Positions 36,090-50,106 of a DNA stretch of 64,000 nucleotides are shown piece by piece; within the stretch, counting starts at the first letter, position 1; the number at the start of each line of letters is the position of its first letter. Source of the stretch: Podarcis bocagei (taxonomy: Eukaryota); NCBI GenBank assembly GCA_964188305.1, contig OZ076889.1; one strand, given 5' to 3'. The position numbers were made by a program, and so were the translations under genes. The notes under the pieces were generated by a model, which saw nothing but the letters and a program-made list of their open reading frames with translations, ran no database searches and was not told where the DNA came from.

Positions 36090-37380
36090 TGCACATGGGG
36101 CGGAACCAGACATAGGAAATCTGGTCAATTGGTAGTCTCTTTCCAAGCAATTCAACTTCCTCTTCATCTTTAAGCCTTTTCATGGCAACAAGGGCTACAA
36201 TTACAGTACAAAATGGTTTAATGGAAATATACCTTCAACCTAGCAGGAAAAAATTATATCCCTATAATACAACACTGCAAATAGGACAGTTCTGCAGTGT
36301 TCATACAAGCCCTTATACCTACATACTCACTAAGTACACTGATGGCTCCCAGCAGGTATAGATTTACTGCCTAGTGTTCATTCCCCCTTAGTAATAATAT
36401 CAATTTGGCTGTTAGTTTTTGTTTTGACTTGGTCTTTAAGAACCAGCAGGGCAGTAAAGCTATTTAAATGGAAATCCCATTCAAATGTACAGTTCTCTGA
36501 CTGGACAATGAGCAGCTCCTGATCCTTAACGTTTCTTATATAATAGTTGGCTCCTTTGTCCAGATTAAATGTTGAGATGTGATTAACATTTAGCACTCAT
36601 ATGCCATACTTGCAACATTTAAGAATAGAAAATAAAAATGAAGTTTTGTTAAATGTGATAGTTTTTTACAGTGAAAAGAACAAAGTATTGCTGCAATTTC
36701 GAGTTGCAGTCCTTTCTTGCTGCCTTAGTAATATTCTGTCTGCCAAGAGAAAACCATAACCATTAAATAAAATTTATGGGCATGAATGTGAAAAGCATAG
36801 GATGGGATCTATGCACTAAGCACGAAGCAGGGTGGACTTTTTGAAAACAGTTGGGTTAAGGTAATTCATGACTACTTAAATCCACTGATTTCCATGCAAG
36901 CGTATCATAATTGGGTATCACCAATCACATTTCACTAGCTTCATAAACTGTGGGCAGAGCTATTGGTTTCACAGGGGGCTACCACCAAAACAGTATCCAA
37001 TCTCATGCATAGATTTCATGTTGAGTGTGCTCCCCACTCTGTAACATGTCAATGATCACCACACAGCATGATGTTGCAAGATAGCCTCTTCCTGTGGTGA
37101 CACAGCACTCCAAACAAATATGCTGTTTACAGGGGATTCTCAATATCGCATGGTTCCATATTGAAAGATTCTATTGGGAACAAAATGGTGCGATATTTTG
37201 CATTCTTTTTAAAAAAAGAAAAAATGCAAGTACTACAAAATATTTAATATGATATTGGTGCTGTAATAATGAAAATATTAATGAAAGCAAGTTGGAATGA
37301 TGGCAAATGCCCTGTGGACATGGGATGTTGCTGGAGTGGGGTGTTGCTGTACATACAGGGGCTGATAGAAATAAGTCATT

Positions 37381-37736
37381 GGGTTGTATTCAACATAGCC
37401 CTAATGTAAACATACTGTCAGACAAGAATTTTTCCTTGTGAGAAAGAATTTTCTCGTCTCCCCCACCCCCGCTACATGCCCCCTAAATCTATTCCAGTGG
37501 TTCTTTCAACTCTCCATAGCAGTTTGGGGGACAGCTCAGTGTGCACATGGGGGGAAGAGAGGAGGGAAATCCACTTGTGCTAGTGCCAATCCTTGTTGTT
37601 GTTGTTTAGTCGTGTCTGACTTTTCGTGACCCCATGGACCAGAGCACGCCAGGCACTCCGGTCTTCCACTGCCTCCCGCAGTTTGGTCAAAAGTGCCAAT
37701 CCTTACCCTAGCACAAAAAAGTTTGTTAATACCACC
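37381..37736. mobile_element. Palindromic DNA element (19221 family) hosting a Bov-B insertion
   Basis: GGGTTGTATTCAAC start, TTAATACCACC end; shared ctaaatct, gggga.atcc and tgc.aatcctt blocks with 19221-19454. Confidence 0.6.
37595..37691 (-). mobile_element. Bov-B LINE extreme 3' fragment (97 bp)
   Basis: Reverse complement of about 9808-9913 with (TTG)n tail; perfect 13-bp TSD AGTGCCAATCCTT at 37582-37594 and 37692-37704. Confidence 0.95.
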
Positions 37737-40697
37737 ATGTATGCATCAGATACCTTCGTACTGAAAAGCAGCCATATTTTTGTCCAAATGTGTTATGTTT
37801 ATACTTTATCAGCTTATGCTTCTGAGATCTAGAGCAGCTCATCAACCAAAAAAAGTGTCATTTAGCATTACATACAAATGAGTGGCTTCAGTTTAATTCT
37901 CTCAAAAAATATGATCACAGTGACTAGGATCTTGAGCTTCTTTCCAACGATGAGAGCATATGGTGAACAGAATTCTACTGATGGAATGTCCCTACTGTCA
38001 GTGTGTGTGTTTAATTACTTTTAACTGCTCCCCTCTCTGTCCTGGCTCCCATTCCAAACCAACAACAGGTGCACTTACCGGAAGGGAAAGCAGCAAACTT
38101 ATAGCAGTCTATTGGTACAAACTCAGCAGTTAGGCAAGAGCAAATTCTAGTTTCAGCCATTCTTACAAGGCAAAGGAGTAGCAACAATAAGTCTGGTCTG
38201 AGAGCAAGAGCCAATGTTCAGGAGCCCGGATTAGTAGCAAAGGTTCCAAAAGTTCCAAGACTGCATAGAAGCTGCAACATTGTTCCAATGAGCTTCCCTG
38301 CCTACCCACCGAGCTTTTTAAACAGTTTCCCACCAGGATGTTTCATTGGATTGCAAGCCCTTCCTTTCATTGAAGGGTGATCAGGATCCAAGCCAACATA
38401 TTTTTCATGTTGGAATGCCCCAAGTGTCAAGTCTCCTCAAAGATTGCAATCAGCAGTAGCAGCAGCAGTTGCAAATGACCACACATTCCCAGCAGTACCA
38501 GGACTGGAAGTAGGCAGTCTGGACACTAGTCAAGTTCCCAAGGCACCATTCCTGAGGCACATGAATGTGCTAAATAAATGTATAAATAAAACATACAAAT
38601 GTCATAAGACTACATTGTGATGACTATACAGGATGCCCTTTCTTATAAGAACTACAGTAAAAAGAACCGATGGTTCTATGTAATACAGTGAGAAAAATTA
38701 CTGAGTGTTGTGGGACCAATCTGCAAGTGGCCAGTGTGAATCAGGGCCACTGGGTCTGGATCCCTGACTGCTTTGTGAATGTTATGTTCAGCCACATTTG
38801 TAGTGATCGACATTTTAGCAATAACAGAGATGGATCCATTTTTCAGACTTTGCTTCCCAATTAAGTGGCACAGCAAAGCAATGCCACCGGGAACTGGTGA
38901 GTGATGTAGCTAACAAATTGTCTGAAGCAGGTTCCTCATGAAAATACGGCATCTTAGAGCTAACGCTTCTGCTCACTTTGTGACTCTAGGTGCAAACTAG
39001 TACCCCCAAAGCTAAGGATTTAACTCTCCTTAGCCTCTTTGGATTGGGTCCCACAAAGCAGCACTCACATTAATTGCTGAAGCTGCTTGGAAGTAAGGGT
39101 GGCCCTGCAGTCTAATAAGTGGCTTTTGTGAGCCCTTTGAAGAAGCAGCCTCACTAGAAGGCTCTTCAAAATCAATAGGCTCTCATAGTAATTTTCTGTA
39201 GCAATAGGACATCACATGATAAATGATTCCCTTCAGTGGAACAGATGACTCTCTTACAGCTACGTCCAATTTATCATTTGATATTTCCTAGAGGACTGAT
39301 CAGAAAACAACACATCAATGTTGGAGAGCTGCTTGGCTGTACTAACCCTTCTATGCACTTTCCCTCTTAGGGCGGGCAAAAGTTAAAGGTTTATCTTCAT
39401 GGGTGTTTCCAGTTTTCTCATTTGGGACCCCTGGCAGCAGCAGCAGCTGGGGAAACTACAACAGCATCTGGAATTATTACTTCTGGCCACAGGTTTTAGA
39501 AATCCCTTTGTGAAACGACTTAGGCAGCCAAATCTTATTTCAAGTTGAAGCCCCCATTTAGCTACCATTTTAGTTATTCTGAAGTTTTCTTTTAAGGATT
39601 TTTCAACACAAATGGCAGCAGCACTAGAGAAGCTCTGTGAACCTGCTTCAAAAGCCCAGGTATTCTCTCCCATGTATGATGACTTCACATAAGGGAGATA
39701 GTGGGATGAGCCTATTGGCTCCACCCCTCAATTGCAATCCTGCAGCTTGCATCCCCCCATCTCCCATGTGCCAGGAGGGCAAACCTCTTCTTGTGGAACC
39801 TTGCTGCATGAATTAGAACCCTGTTGCTTTAGCATTACTCAGAGTAGAGCAGGCTCCCTGCTGAACCTCAGTTCTCCAGCTTGCAGAGGGCAACAGGACC
39901 AGTCACAGAGGAGTAGAGCTAGCATGAAGTATTATTCTAGCTGGAAGGAGTGAGGGTGGCGTAAGTAGTATATCATTTCCCAAACCCTGCACTAACACTA
40001 TTCCAGGGATGGGGAACCTATGTTGTTGTTGGACTTCAACTCCCATCATCTTTGACCAACTGCCATGCTGGCTTGGAATGATGGGCGTTGCAGTCTAACA
40101 TCATCGGGTGGGGGCCTCAAAAGTACCCCATTCCTGATCTATACATATGACTACATCACCACGTTCGTTATAAGCAGAATGCAATTCACTTTATGTATCC
40201 TAGAATCCAAAATAATTAAACACTGCAATCCTATGCATGCCTACTTAGAAGCAGGTTCCGTTGTATTCAGCGGGTGTTCTCCCCAAGTAAGTGAGTTTAG
40301 GGTTGCAGCCACACCCCTAGAGCCTTCTTATTTCTTCCTTTATGCGTAGGATACAAGCTACTAAAATATTCACAAACAGGGAAAATAGAAATTCCCCACC
40401 CTACTTCCGCTCTGAGATGATGATATAAATAAAGAAATTGTTCAGGGTTGTGGGGGTTTTTTAGATGTACTTATTGAAAGCTGAAGTCAAGAGACTTGTT
40501 TCTGAGCTGCTTTCACACATTACATTTTTAGTGAGTTTTGCAAATACTCCACAACTGCCAAACTGTGGGAACTGGAGGCTAAATTTGCCACTTGCTTTGC
40601 TGTTCATGTGACTGAATCCATAGCCAAAGCAAGTCATTTCAAATGCCATTTTCTTTCTGAGATATAAATAAGTAGAGAAAATAACAGACTTGCACTA

Positions 40698-40939
40698 CAG
40701 TGGTACCTCAGGTTACATACGCTTCAGGTTACATACGCTTCAAGTTACAGACTCTGCTAACCCAGAAATAGTGCTTCAGGTTAAGAACTTTGCTTCAGGA
40801 TGAGAACAGAAATTGTGCTCCGGCGGTGTGGCAGCAGTAGGAGGCCCCATTAGCTAAAGTGGTACATCAGGTTAAGAACAATTTCAGGTTAAGAATGGAC
40901 CTCCGGAACGAATTAAGTACTTAACCCGAGGTACCACTG
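40698..40939. mobile_element. Tc1/mariner (Tigger-like) MITE, 242 bp
   Basis: TA TSD, same TIRs and length as 3504-3745, high identity. Confidence 0.92.
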
Positions 40940-41164
40940 TATATGTGTACCTTTTCCAGGAAAGATTCAAGTTCAATTCTTGTCTGTTTGTTTGTTCCAT
41001 TTCTATCCTCCCCATCCTCTCAAAGGAGTCCAGGCAGCCAACATCAAAGTGGAAAAACAATACAACCACATACTCCCTACCCCACAACTTTTGAGGAATG
41101 TGGAACTGCCAAGAGGGCCCCCTCTGCTGAGGGTCTGTAGGGAAGGAGGCGGTCTCTCAGATAG

Positions 41165-41342
41165 CTAGGACCTAAGACATTTAGAGCTTCAAACAATCAC
41201 ACAAATAACTTGAACTGGGCCCAGAAACAAGCTGGCAGCCAATGTAACTGTTTTATAACAAGGGTTATACGTGTTCTAAGGGCAACTCCAGTCAGTAATC
41301 TGATAGCTGCAGTTTGGACCAGTTGGAGTTTCTGAGTGATCT
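41165..41342 (-). mobile_element. L2 LINE ORF2 fragment
   Basis: KITQKLQLVQTAAIRLLTG...RITLVIKQLHWLPACFWAQFK. Confidence 0.88.
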
Positions 41343-41585
41343 TCGTTCCATACTGTGGATGAATCATCTCAGTCCGACAGGCACTCCTAGACACTGAGGT
41401 CAACTGGGCCTCAAGTGTCAGTGTAAGCATCAGTGCAATCCTTACACTAACAAAAGTGTAAGGATTTAAAAAAAAAGATCATTGAAGATTTGATTCTCTT
41501 TGTTTTTCTCCAAACTGCCAGTCAGAATCCAAGTAGTAAGCTAACTACTGCTAGGACTGTACCATATACTTTACCAAAAAACCAA

Positions 41586-41586
<1 letters not shown>

Positions 41587-41618
<32 letters not shown>
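41587..41618. repeat. (CA)n microsatellite
   Basis: 16 units. Confidence 0.97.
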
Positions 41619-41619
<1 letters not shown>

Positions 41620-44600
41620 TAAATCAAGATTTATTACATGAATCTCTTTATTTTAGTTCCCGCTGAGACACCTGATCAGGTACATGGAATTTAAAAGGGA
41701 AATAAATGTTGCAGAGAAAATCAATTCTCCAGTATCTAAAATTTCTGCATGTCAGATTCTCCTTGGTGACAGTCAATCATCCACAAGAAGATATATTACT
41801 CTGACTGGGAGAAAGGATAGGGGCCAAGAAATGTTTGAAGGGTTTTAGCCAATTATTCTAAGAAAATGTAACAATGATCTTTTTCTTCCTACCCCTAGCA
41901 AAAACGTAACAGAAAATGTGCAAGCTGAATTTATTAAATGTATAGATCACCTCTCTACCCCAAAGCACTCAAGATTGCTATTATATTTTAACCCAAACAA
42001 CACAATTAAAACAACATTAAAACCCTTAAAGCAAGATCTTATTGGGGAAACGTTGTAACTCAGACTCTAGCTCTGGAGCAAAACATATTTTTTGCACATA
42101 GAAAGTCCCAAGTCCTGGCAAGATTTCTCTCTGGAAAGCTGCTTCCTGTTAGCAAAGACTACATGGCCTGACTAGTAGAAGCACAATATGTCCTTACCTT
42201 TTTATTAAAATGCCTATACAACAATCTCAAATGAGCCTTTTTAAGCAGAGTTAGGTTGACAGCCCAAAGAGCTTGTTAAATAATTGAGCAAACTATGCAA
42301 GCATTGGTTTATTATTTCTGTATAGGCCTGGCCTTACTTTTAGGCAGAGTGAGGTTGGTGCTCCAGGCAGCAATTATTTAATTAATTACCTATTTATTTA
42401 TTTTTAATTTATTTTTTTACTGCCAGAGACTTTTTACTACCTGTGGGATTTTCCATCTCAGACTTTTTGCATCTTTACATGGGGGACTGAAACACTATTT
42501 GCTGCTTCACCTCGGGCAAAAAAGGAAATGTCTTGTCTTCTGTAAGAATTGTGAAAGTTCCATCATAGGGACAGTTTACTTTGCCTCCTCCCCACGCAGC
42601 ACAGTCAAGTGTGAGTGGATGATTAGTCAGACCATATTTGAACTAGAAAATATTTCAGATGCCATCTGGATCTGTCCTGTGGGCTGAAGCAGATGTCAAG
42701 CTTACATGGTTACATACTAGATTTACCCATAAAGTTTGATTAAGTGCAGATCAGGTGCTCTCTATGAGCTGATGCCTTAAGACAGCATTTTATAGGATTG
42801 GGGACTAGGGCAATACTCTTCAAGTGGCAGGAGGGGCATTCATCATTCATGCCAGAAAAGTGGCCCAAACCTTCTCCTTCCTTTATCCCTTGGTTCCTTA
42901 ATGCCCCACATATGCTGCATTGATCTTTGCCAGGGCTGTGAGGACAACACTACAAAATACAGCTTGTTCCTCAGCCAGGCAGTCAGAGGCATCCCTGAGG
43001 AATCTGATCTGTATGAAATTTGATATAAACTGACCTGATCCACACCATCACAGATTAATGTGCAAATTGAACCATGGTTTTTGTTTGGATGTCACAGTTC
43101 TCTGAAATCTGTGGTGAAGTTTTGAGCTCATTTTTTAAAAAATGAAGTGCGTTGAAATTGTGCACCTTAGGAAAAGTATGTTTAGAAATGTCTGTTTTGA
43201 GCATAAAAATACATTTAGAAATGTGCATCAAAGTGAGAATATGCTTTCAAAAAATGTTATTTAAAAAGGAATTTAAATATCAATTTTTATGAAAAAAATC
43301 CAGATTATACAGAAGTGGGACAACACAGATTTATGAATGAATACAACCAAAAGTGATACAGACCCCAAATACACCAATGCATCCATCCCTGACAGAGATA
43401 CAAACATTTACTGCTGCTGGTAAGAAATGGTGTTTGTTTATTATTATTATTATGGCAAACAGCCAGCATAGGTAAAAAATGGTAAATAAAGCAAAAGGAT
43501 GAAGCCAAGTACTAGTATTTCTGCTGCAACAGCTTCTGTGCAATCAAGTTATATTCACTTAGAAAACAGTCCACAATTAGAAGATCTTACAGAGAAACAG
43601 TCTGACGACTGTACCATTTCATACAGATCAAAACGTTTTTCTATGTAAAACAAATCCCCCCCAAAAAACCCAACACACAGTTGTCAAGAGAAATAGGGTG
43701 TTGAGTTAGACAGGGAGCGCAAGACAATTCACTGGGGCAGTCTTGCAGAACTGCCTTTCCATTCATGTGAGACCTATCTAGATACAAGCCTGTAACTGTG
43801 GTCACCAGTTGCTGTTAGCAACTACTGTGTTATTTTCCTAGTCGTCTTTTCCCAGAAATCCTTTCTGATGGTAAAAGGTGCTGCCAGCTGTTAAGGAGTG
43901 GGATACTACAGCATGCAGCTGTAGTAATACCTTAACAAATAGCAAGCTTTGCCTTGATGAAAAACTTCGTTTTACAAAGAGCAGGAAGGGCACTCTTGAG
44001 ATTATTCCTTGCAGATTGTGACAGCATTTATCCCATCATTAAAGAGATATATTGAATCTTCATTTTCCTTTCAGCTGGATAATCTTTATAACAAATTATA
44101 CACTTTTTATTACCACTAAGCACAAGAAGACTTTTAAAAGCTGAGCTATCCGCTATGACTGCACTAATTCTCTACACCTGGCATTGGAAATTAAAATACT
44201 TCATAGGCCTGCAAGTGTATCTGTGGTGTGATGAAGGTGGAATTAACTCTAGATTAAATAGGCTTCTTTCCAGAATGCTATATAAATATATTCAAACCCG
44301 ATTAGTCTTATTAAGACAGGGCAGGGATTAAAGGATCCCCTTTCTGTGCATAAGTTGATTCAGAAAGTACTATATAGATTCACAGGAAAACTAAGGCTAT
44401 CAAATATGCAAAACCACTATGTTCACATCCCTCTGTTAAGTGTGTTAATCTGAAGGTGATCTGCAGGAACCAGTAGTCTATGTGTCCTTCCCTGCCCTAG
44501 ACTAAACAAACTGATCTATAATTATGTTGAATCATCTATTGGGGAGGGGGGGGGAGAGAAGTAGCTTGCAGGCATTGTATCTCATACAGTATTTGTAACA

Positions 44601-47600
44601 TGCTTAACAGTCCTTCGAAATCTGCTCTTATAATAACTCTTTGAGGTGGCTTGCTAATATTCACATACATGCAGCATTTTCAGATATGTATTTTATTAAG
44701 ATATGTCCCTTACAAAAATGCCTGGTACTCCATTTTCTGCAGGTAGCTTTGATGTTAAAACCAAATTATCCACACTGATGAAGGCCTTGCAAAGCTAAAT
44801 ACATTTTTATTTTAAAAAGGAAACAAAGAATTGAACTGTATGACTACTAGAGTTTACATTTTCAATAATGGGGAAACATCTATTTTTTATTGTTGTTGTT
44901 GTTTTACTATGGAGTAGCTTTAATGCCTTAGGAACTAGCTGACCAGAACAACCATGGGTCATCACTGAAAGGGAATAAAGGAGCCATCTTACCACCTACC
45001 TTAAGAGTCACTCATTTGCCTGAAACACCACCCACAAAATCAGAACCCCCGATTTCAAGATTCCAGCCTTGAATATGACCTGTTTAATAAAAGACTCCAT
45101 TCCTTATCAAGGGAGCAGAGCTTATGGTAGTCACCAGGATCTGTGCCACCATATAAAACTCCTATCTACCTCTATCTGTCTTGCCTCACTAGCTGGACAT
45201 CCATGTCCTCTAGCTCAAACCTTTGGCTGCAAAACACTGAGCTGCCTCTGAGTACTTCCACCTGAGCAGGTTCCTGAGGGTTCCACCTTGCTCTGCAAGA
45301 TTTGCCCAAGACAGGACATTTTTCTGAAGCTATATAAGGATGCCTTCACTGCCAAGCTGTTAACTCAAATGAGCACAAAGCAGGCGCCATACCTTGTCTT
45401 TTCCAACACCATTTGAAGACAGGACCTACTCTAAAATGGGGCAAATTCATTTTAACAAATGAAACCAGTATGGAGTTCCACAGGGAGGGTGTGCATATTA
45501 ACAGTGAGAAACTGGCTGCTCTATCTTCACCTCCTCTAATTCTATATTATGAGAATAATAAAACTGTTTGTATTGCAAATGCAGCTTCCTAGTCTTTTGT
45601 GCGAGGCCAGGGTGATTTAGTCTGATTCATATTTGATTCTCATCGCTGTGCATTGCATTTAATGGATTGTTTGCTTTAATGTTTTGTTAAAAAATTGTGC
45701 TGGGTGAAAGTTCTCATCTACCAGCTACCATCCCCATTAGTCCTTCTCGCTGTTAGAAGCAGACAATCAGGGAAGCTATTTTCCAAGAACTTTAATTTTT
45801 TTCCCCTTTTGTGTCCACAAGCTTATCTTATATTAACATAAATTCTATGGCTTTCTTATCTGGACTCTGTCGATCCAGTGTATTCATAGGAGTAGTGCAT
45901 TTCTCATCTGCTCAAACCTATCACAACTCAGTTCTACATCATTAGCTTGCTGCGTTGAGACACAACACAATTTATATTCTTTAATATTCATACATAAGGT
46001 TGTAAAGCCATTGTTCTCCAATTTCTAAGCATTAATAGTCACAGATCTACAGTTGTATTTTCTTCAGAAGAAGATTTATTTTTATAAGTAATTAACTTGA
46101 ATTATAGCTTTCAGCAATACGGTATAGTTTCACATTCATTTACTAGGTTTACTTTGATTCTTTATGCCTAACTTTCCTTGATTAGGAAAACTTCAGGGCC
46201 CATATTGTGGCTACCTTTAGTCGCAAAAGTCAGTGGTATGTTTCCTCTTGGTCAAATTCATATACTCACTACTTGAGAAAATTTCAAAATATGCATAGGT
46301 ACTGGTAGTGCAGGCAGAATGGGTTTGCTACATGCCCAGACAGGGACAGGAAGGTCCTGCTAAACCTAGAGTCAGGCCTACACCCATGTCTGTTTCACCA
46401 TCTAGCCTGCTTCCTAGCTCAGCATATCCAAGGCTGACCCAAGGTCAGTGAGCTTCATGGCTGACTGGGGATTTCAATCCAGCACCTACTGCAATATTAT
46501 AATCACCATACCACACCACACTGGTTCTCATACCATTGTACAATTTGCCTCCCCTCCCCTCCCCATGTAGACACTTCAGTTGACTCTATCCAGAGACAAT
46601 AGTCACCTCATTTGAGTTCAACACTCCATCAGAAGGATGGAAAAGAAGCAGGAATGAGAGAAGCTCAAAAGCATGAGAGAAAGAAAAATCAATAAGAGGG
46701 GTTGTCAGAAATAAAACGAGAACCACAAAATGCTATTAAGTAGTACTTCTTCATTTATTGGGGTGTCTTTCCTATTGTTAAATATCCATATTTGGGGTGC
46801 TGTTTCTGGAGGAGCAGGACAGGAAACATTTGGTCCTGAATTCAAAATTAGCAAGGGAGGGTATGTAGTAGTTTCTAATGAACTGTCATATGTTTTCTGC
46901 TCTAATTATCCAGATACTAGTCCATGTCCCATATTATCCTGGTGGTATAGTTACATCAAGGAACCCCAACTGTATAGTAATATTCAATTCTCAACAGGAT
47001 TATAGGGGGAAGAAAATGAAAATTGCTCACACAAACACACAAAATCATTGTTTAAATCAGCCGAAAGTGAGCACCACTCAACATAGGCTATTAACTTCAC
47101 AGAAAGGTGCCCATGCAATTTGGATTGTCAGCTGCAATCACAGCAACAGGATAACATGCCAGGCAGTTCTGAGTTCTTAATATGGGGTGCAGTTTATTGC
47201 TAGAGAATCAGCAAAAAGCAGAATCTGCACTGGAACCCCAAGGGCTAACATAGAAAGCAGATGCTATAAAACTTGTCTCAGCCACAGGGTCAACAATGAT
47301 GAATACTAGTTTTTGGCAGAACATAAAAGCAAATTGTATTGCCATCTTCTTTGTTGATAAAGGAAACCAATGTTATATCTGATGATGAATATTTACCTTT
47401 ATAATAAGGCTTTCATATTGCATTGTTATAAGTTCAAAGCCACATTTACTGACTTTCTGGATTCACTTTCAAAACTGCCTAAAAGCATTATAGAACTTTA
47501 TGGGGTTTTTTATTGTGACTATAGTCCCAAATGTCTCTAGGTTACCCGAGGTCATGAAAGGCAGGTAAAGATCCCTTTCAGGAAACAAGTTCCATCTTCA

Positions 47601-49016
47601 GTGCAACTCAGCCTCTTAGGAGGTTACTACCAAAAATAAGGGCTCCCAACCTTCATGCTCAAAGGCATAAATTAAATGGATCACCAGCTAAGGTCAGAAG
47701 AAATATTTCTCGCTGGTTTAGTTTTATGCTTCAATCTGAACGATGCATTCTTAAAGAAGATGTTAGCCCTGATGTTTCTTTTTCTGTTTATAAAGCTTAT
47801 TAATTTTACAAGTGGATACCTAACAGACACACAATGCAAAACTATTATTGTCCATGGACTGTTTTATGACAATGAGTGGTCCCATGAAAACATTCGGCCA
47901 TTTTGTTTCAGAAGCCAAGAATGAGTTGCCTTTTGAAACAAACAAAGGAATCCCTTGAGCTTCCAATGCAGCTCCAGATATTCATGCCATTTCAAATTTT
48001 GGCCTCACTCACCCCTGCATGTGATAAAGCTGTGTGCAGCCCACGGATTCTGTGTTGAAGTACTCTTGCAGCCCACTTGGTATGAAAAGTTGTGCCAGAG
48101 CATACTTCAAGTGGGAAAGTGTTCCACAACTAGGGCACAAGTGAGAAGGCAGTGGACAATTTGAAGGCAACTTGTTATGAACATAAGTCACAATTCCGCA
48201 TGACAAAGGTCAACTCAAGTGCCAAATAGGGCTGCCCTAGAATATCTGAGAACAGAGGGGGTTCATTTATTACAGGGGGTTGTTCTTGATTACTTTTGAA
48301 TTCACTTAGTGTTAGCATTTGCCCAGTTTCTATTTTAAATTGCATGATCCATAAGGTCAACAGTTGATTGTATTTTTGTCCTTCAATACTTCTTAACAAG
48401 TTGGAAGAGTTTAATAGAAATTAAATAATTCATATCCCATGTATACATGGCTCTTCTGATATTGCTATTTCTAGGGTTATATATAACACAACCTAACCCG
48501 CAACAGTGGAGGCCCTTTTGTATCCTTTGCACATGAATGTGCTTGCATGTGAGCAACACTGACCTCACCTGCCTTCCTAATGTAAATTTAGGATTTGTCT
48601 TCTATGGTGTGTACATTGGGCACATACATTTTAACTGGCTTGACGACTGATAGACATGTGGACATTTCATGACTCCTGATATTTGCTGAGTATATGGCAG
48701 ACAAATGGGACCTGCAACAAAATGTTATAGAGTGGAGAGCTCCTGAGTGCCAGTCAGTCAGCCATGTCCTTTTCTAGGATACTGCAGTTGCATCCTGACT
48801 CCACCTCAGTCACCATTCTGTGGCCATCAAGCACTCCCAGTCTTCATTTAGCTGCTTTTGATTCTGCCTCCCTCCTGATTCTTTTTCTCATGAAGATTTT
48901 TTGTACATCTGCAAACTTTTGGGCTTTCAGAACCTGCTAATACTTCCCTCTTGTGCCCAGAAGGCGTTGTTTTGGCTACATAAGAATCCACACTCGGATA
49001 ATGGGTTTGCTATTAG

Positions 49017-49205
49017 GCAGGAATAGCCAACATGGTGCCCTCCATCATCCCTGGCTGTTGGCCATTCTGACTGAAGCTGATAGAATCATAGAATCATAGA
49101 GTTGGAAGAGACCACAAGGGCCATCGAGTCCAACCCCCTGCCAAGCAGGAAACAATGTATGTTATAGTCCAACAACATCTGGAAGGCAACATATTGGCTA
49201 CCTCC
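49017..49205. mobile_element. Degenerate hAT MITE with nested CR1 3' stub (49080-49153, minus strand)
   Basis: MITE ends caggaatagccaacatggtgccctcca / tggaaggcaacatattggctacc; insert ATAGAATCATAGAATCATAGAGTTGGAAG...TCCAACCCCCTGC is a CR1 terminus. Confidence 0.8.
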
Positions 49206-49369
49206 GGTATAGTGTAATCCGTTTCCATTTCAAATACTGGTATATTACTTTAGGGACAGTTTTGACCATATAAAAGTACTCCTACTCTTTGCTTCCTGAT
49301 ACTTAACTTGTTCCTGATCCACAAGAGGAACTTTCCTTTTATTCTATGACTGCTAAGCTTACTCAGGCG

Positions 49370-49630
49370 CCTATTCAAGGTACCTTGTCAAATGCTCTTT
49401 GAAAGTCCAGGCACACTATGTCAACAGGATCATTTCTATTTTTATTGCTTGTTGACACTCTCAAAGAACTCTGCATCAGCAAGGCTTGTTCTTCTTAATG
49501 CATGGTTATTTTATCCTGAACATTTCCCACCAGTTTTCCAGGGACAGATGTTAAGCTAGCCGGCCTGTAGTTTCCAGACTCCTCCCAGATCACTGTTTTA
49601 AAAATTGTGTTATAGTGGCTATTTTCCAAT
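49370..49630 (-). mobile_element. CR1 LINE RT-domain fragment, degenerate
   Basis: GNYRPASLTSVPGKLV and, downstream, DPVDIVCLDFQRAFDKVP (RT motif LDF.KAFDKVP). Confidence 0.88.
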
Positions 49631-49944
49631 AATGCATCTTCATAGAGCTTAAATAACACACAAACAGAGCAATCCCCCACACCCTTGGCAGCTTTCCAGC
49701 AGTATTGAAGCCCAGAGATTATACACCACTCTAGTAAAGGCAGAAACACAAAGCAAATTATAGAAAAAGAAGTTCCCCACCATCACATAATTTATGTAGT
49801 CTATAGAGCCGGTGTCTGTAACCCCCCCCCCACACACACAAAAAGACTCCCAGGCAATTAGAGATGTTTGCATAATTAGATGTCAATGTGTGCAGGCCAT
49901 TCCCTCTTCCGGCCCTTTCTTTATCTTGCCGCTTGGCTGCAGGG

Positions 49945-50106
49945 GCCATCCAGCCTGACAGTGCTGCTATTTAATGTCAGGTCAATTCATAATAAGATCC
50001 CACTTATCCATGATTTGATCATGGACAAGGTAGCCAACCTGGTTTGTATTAATTACCAAGACTTAAGTGGGTAAGCTGGGTGGACTGAATTTGACCCAGC
50101 TGTGCC
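49945..50106 (+). mobile_element. L2-type LINE AP-endonuclease N-terminal fragment
   Basis: LTVLLFNVRSIHNKIPLIHDLIMDKVANLVCI matches the APE start LL.NARS..NK...I.DLI.....DL.CITETW; frameshifted afterwards. Confidence 0.8.
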
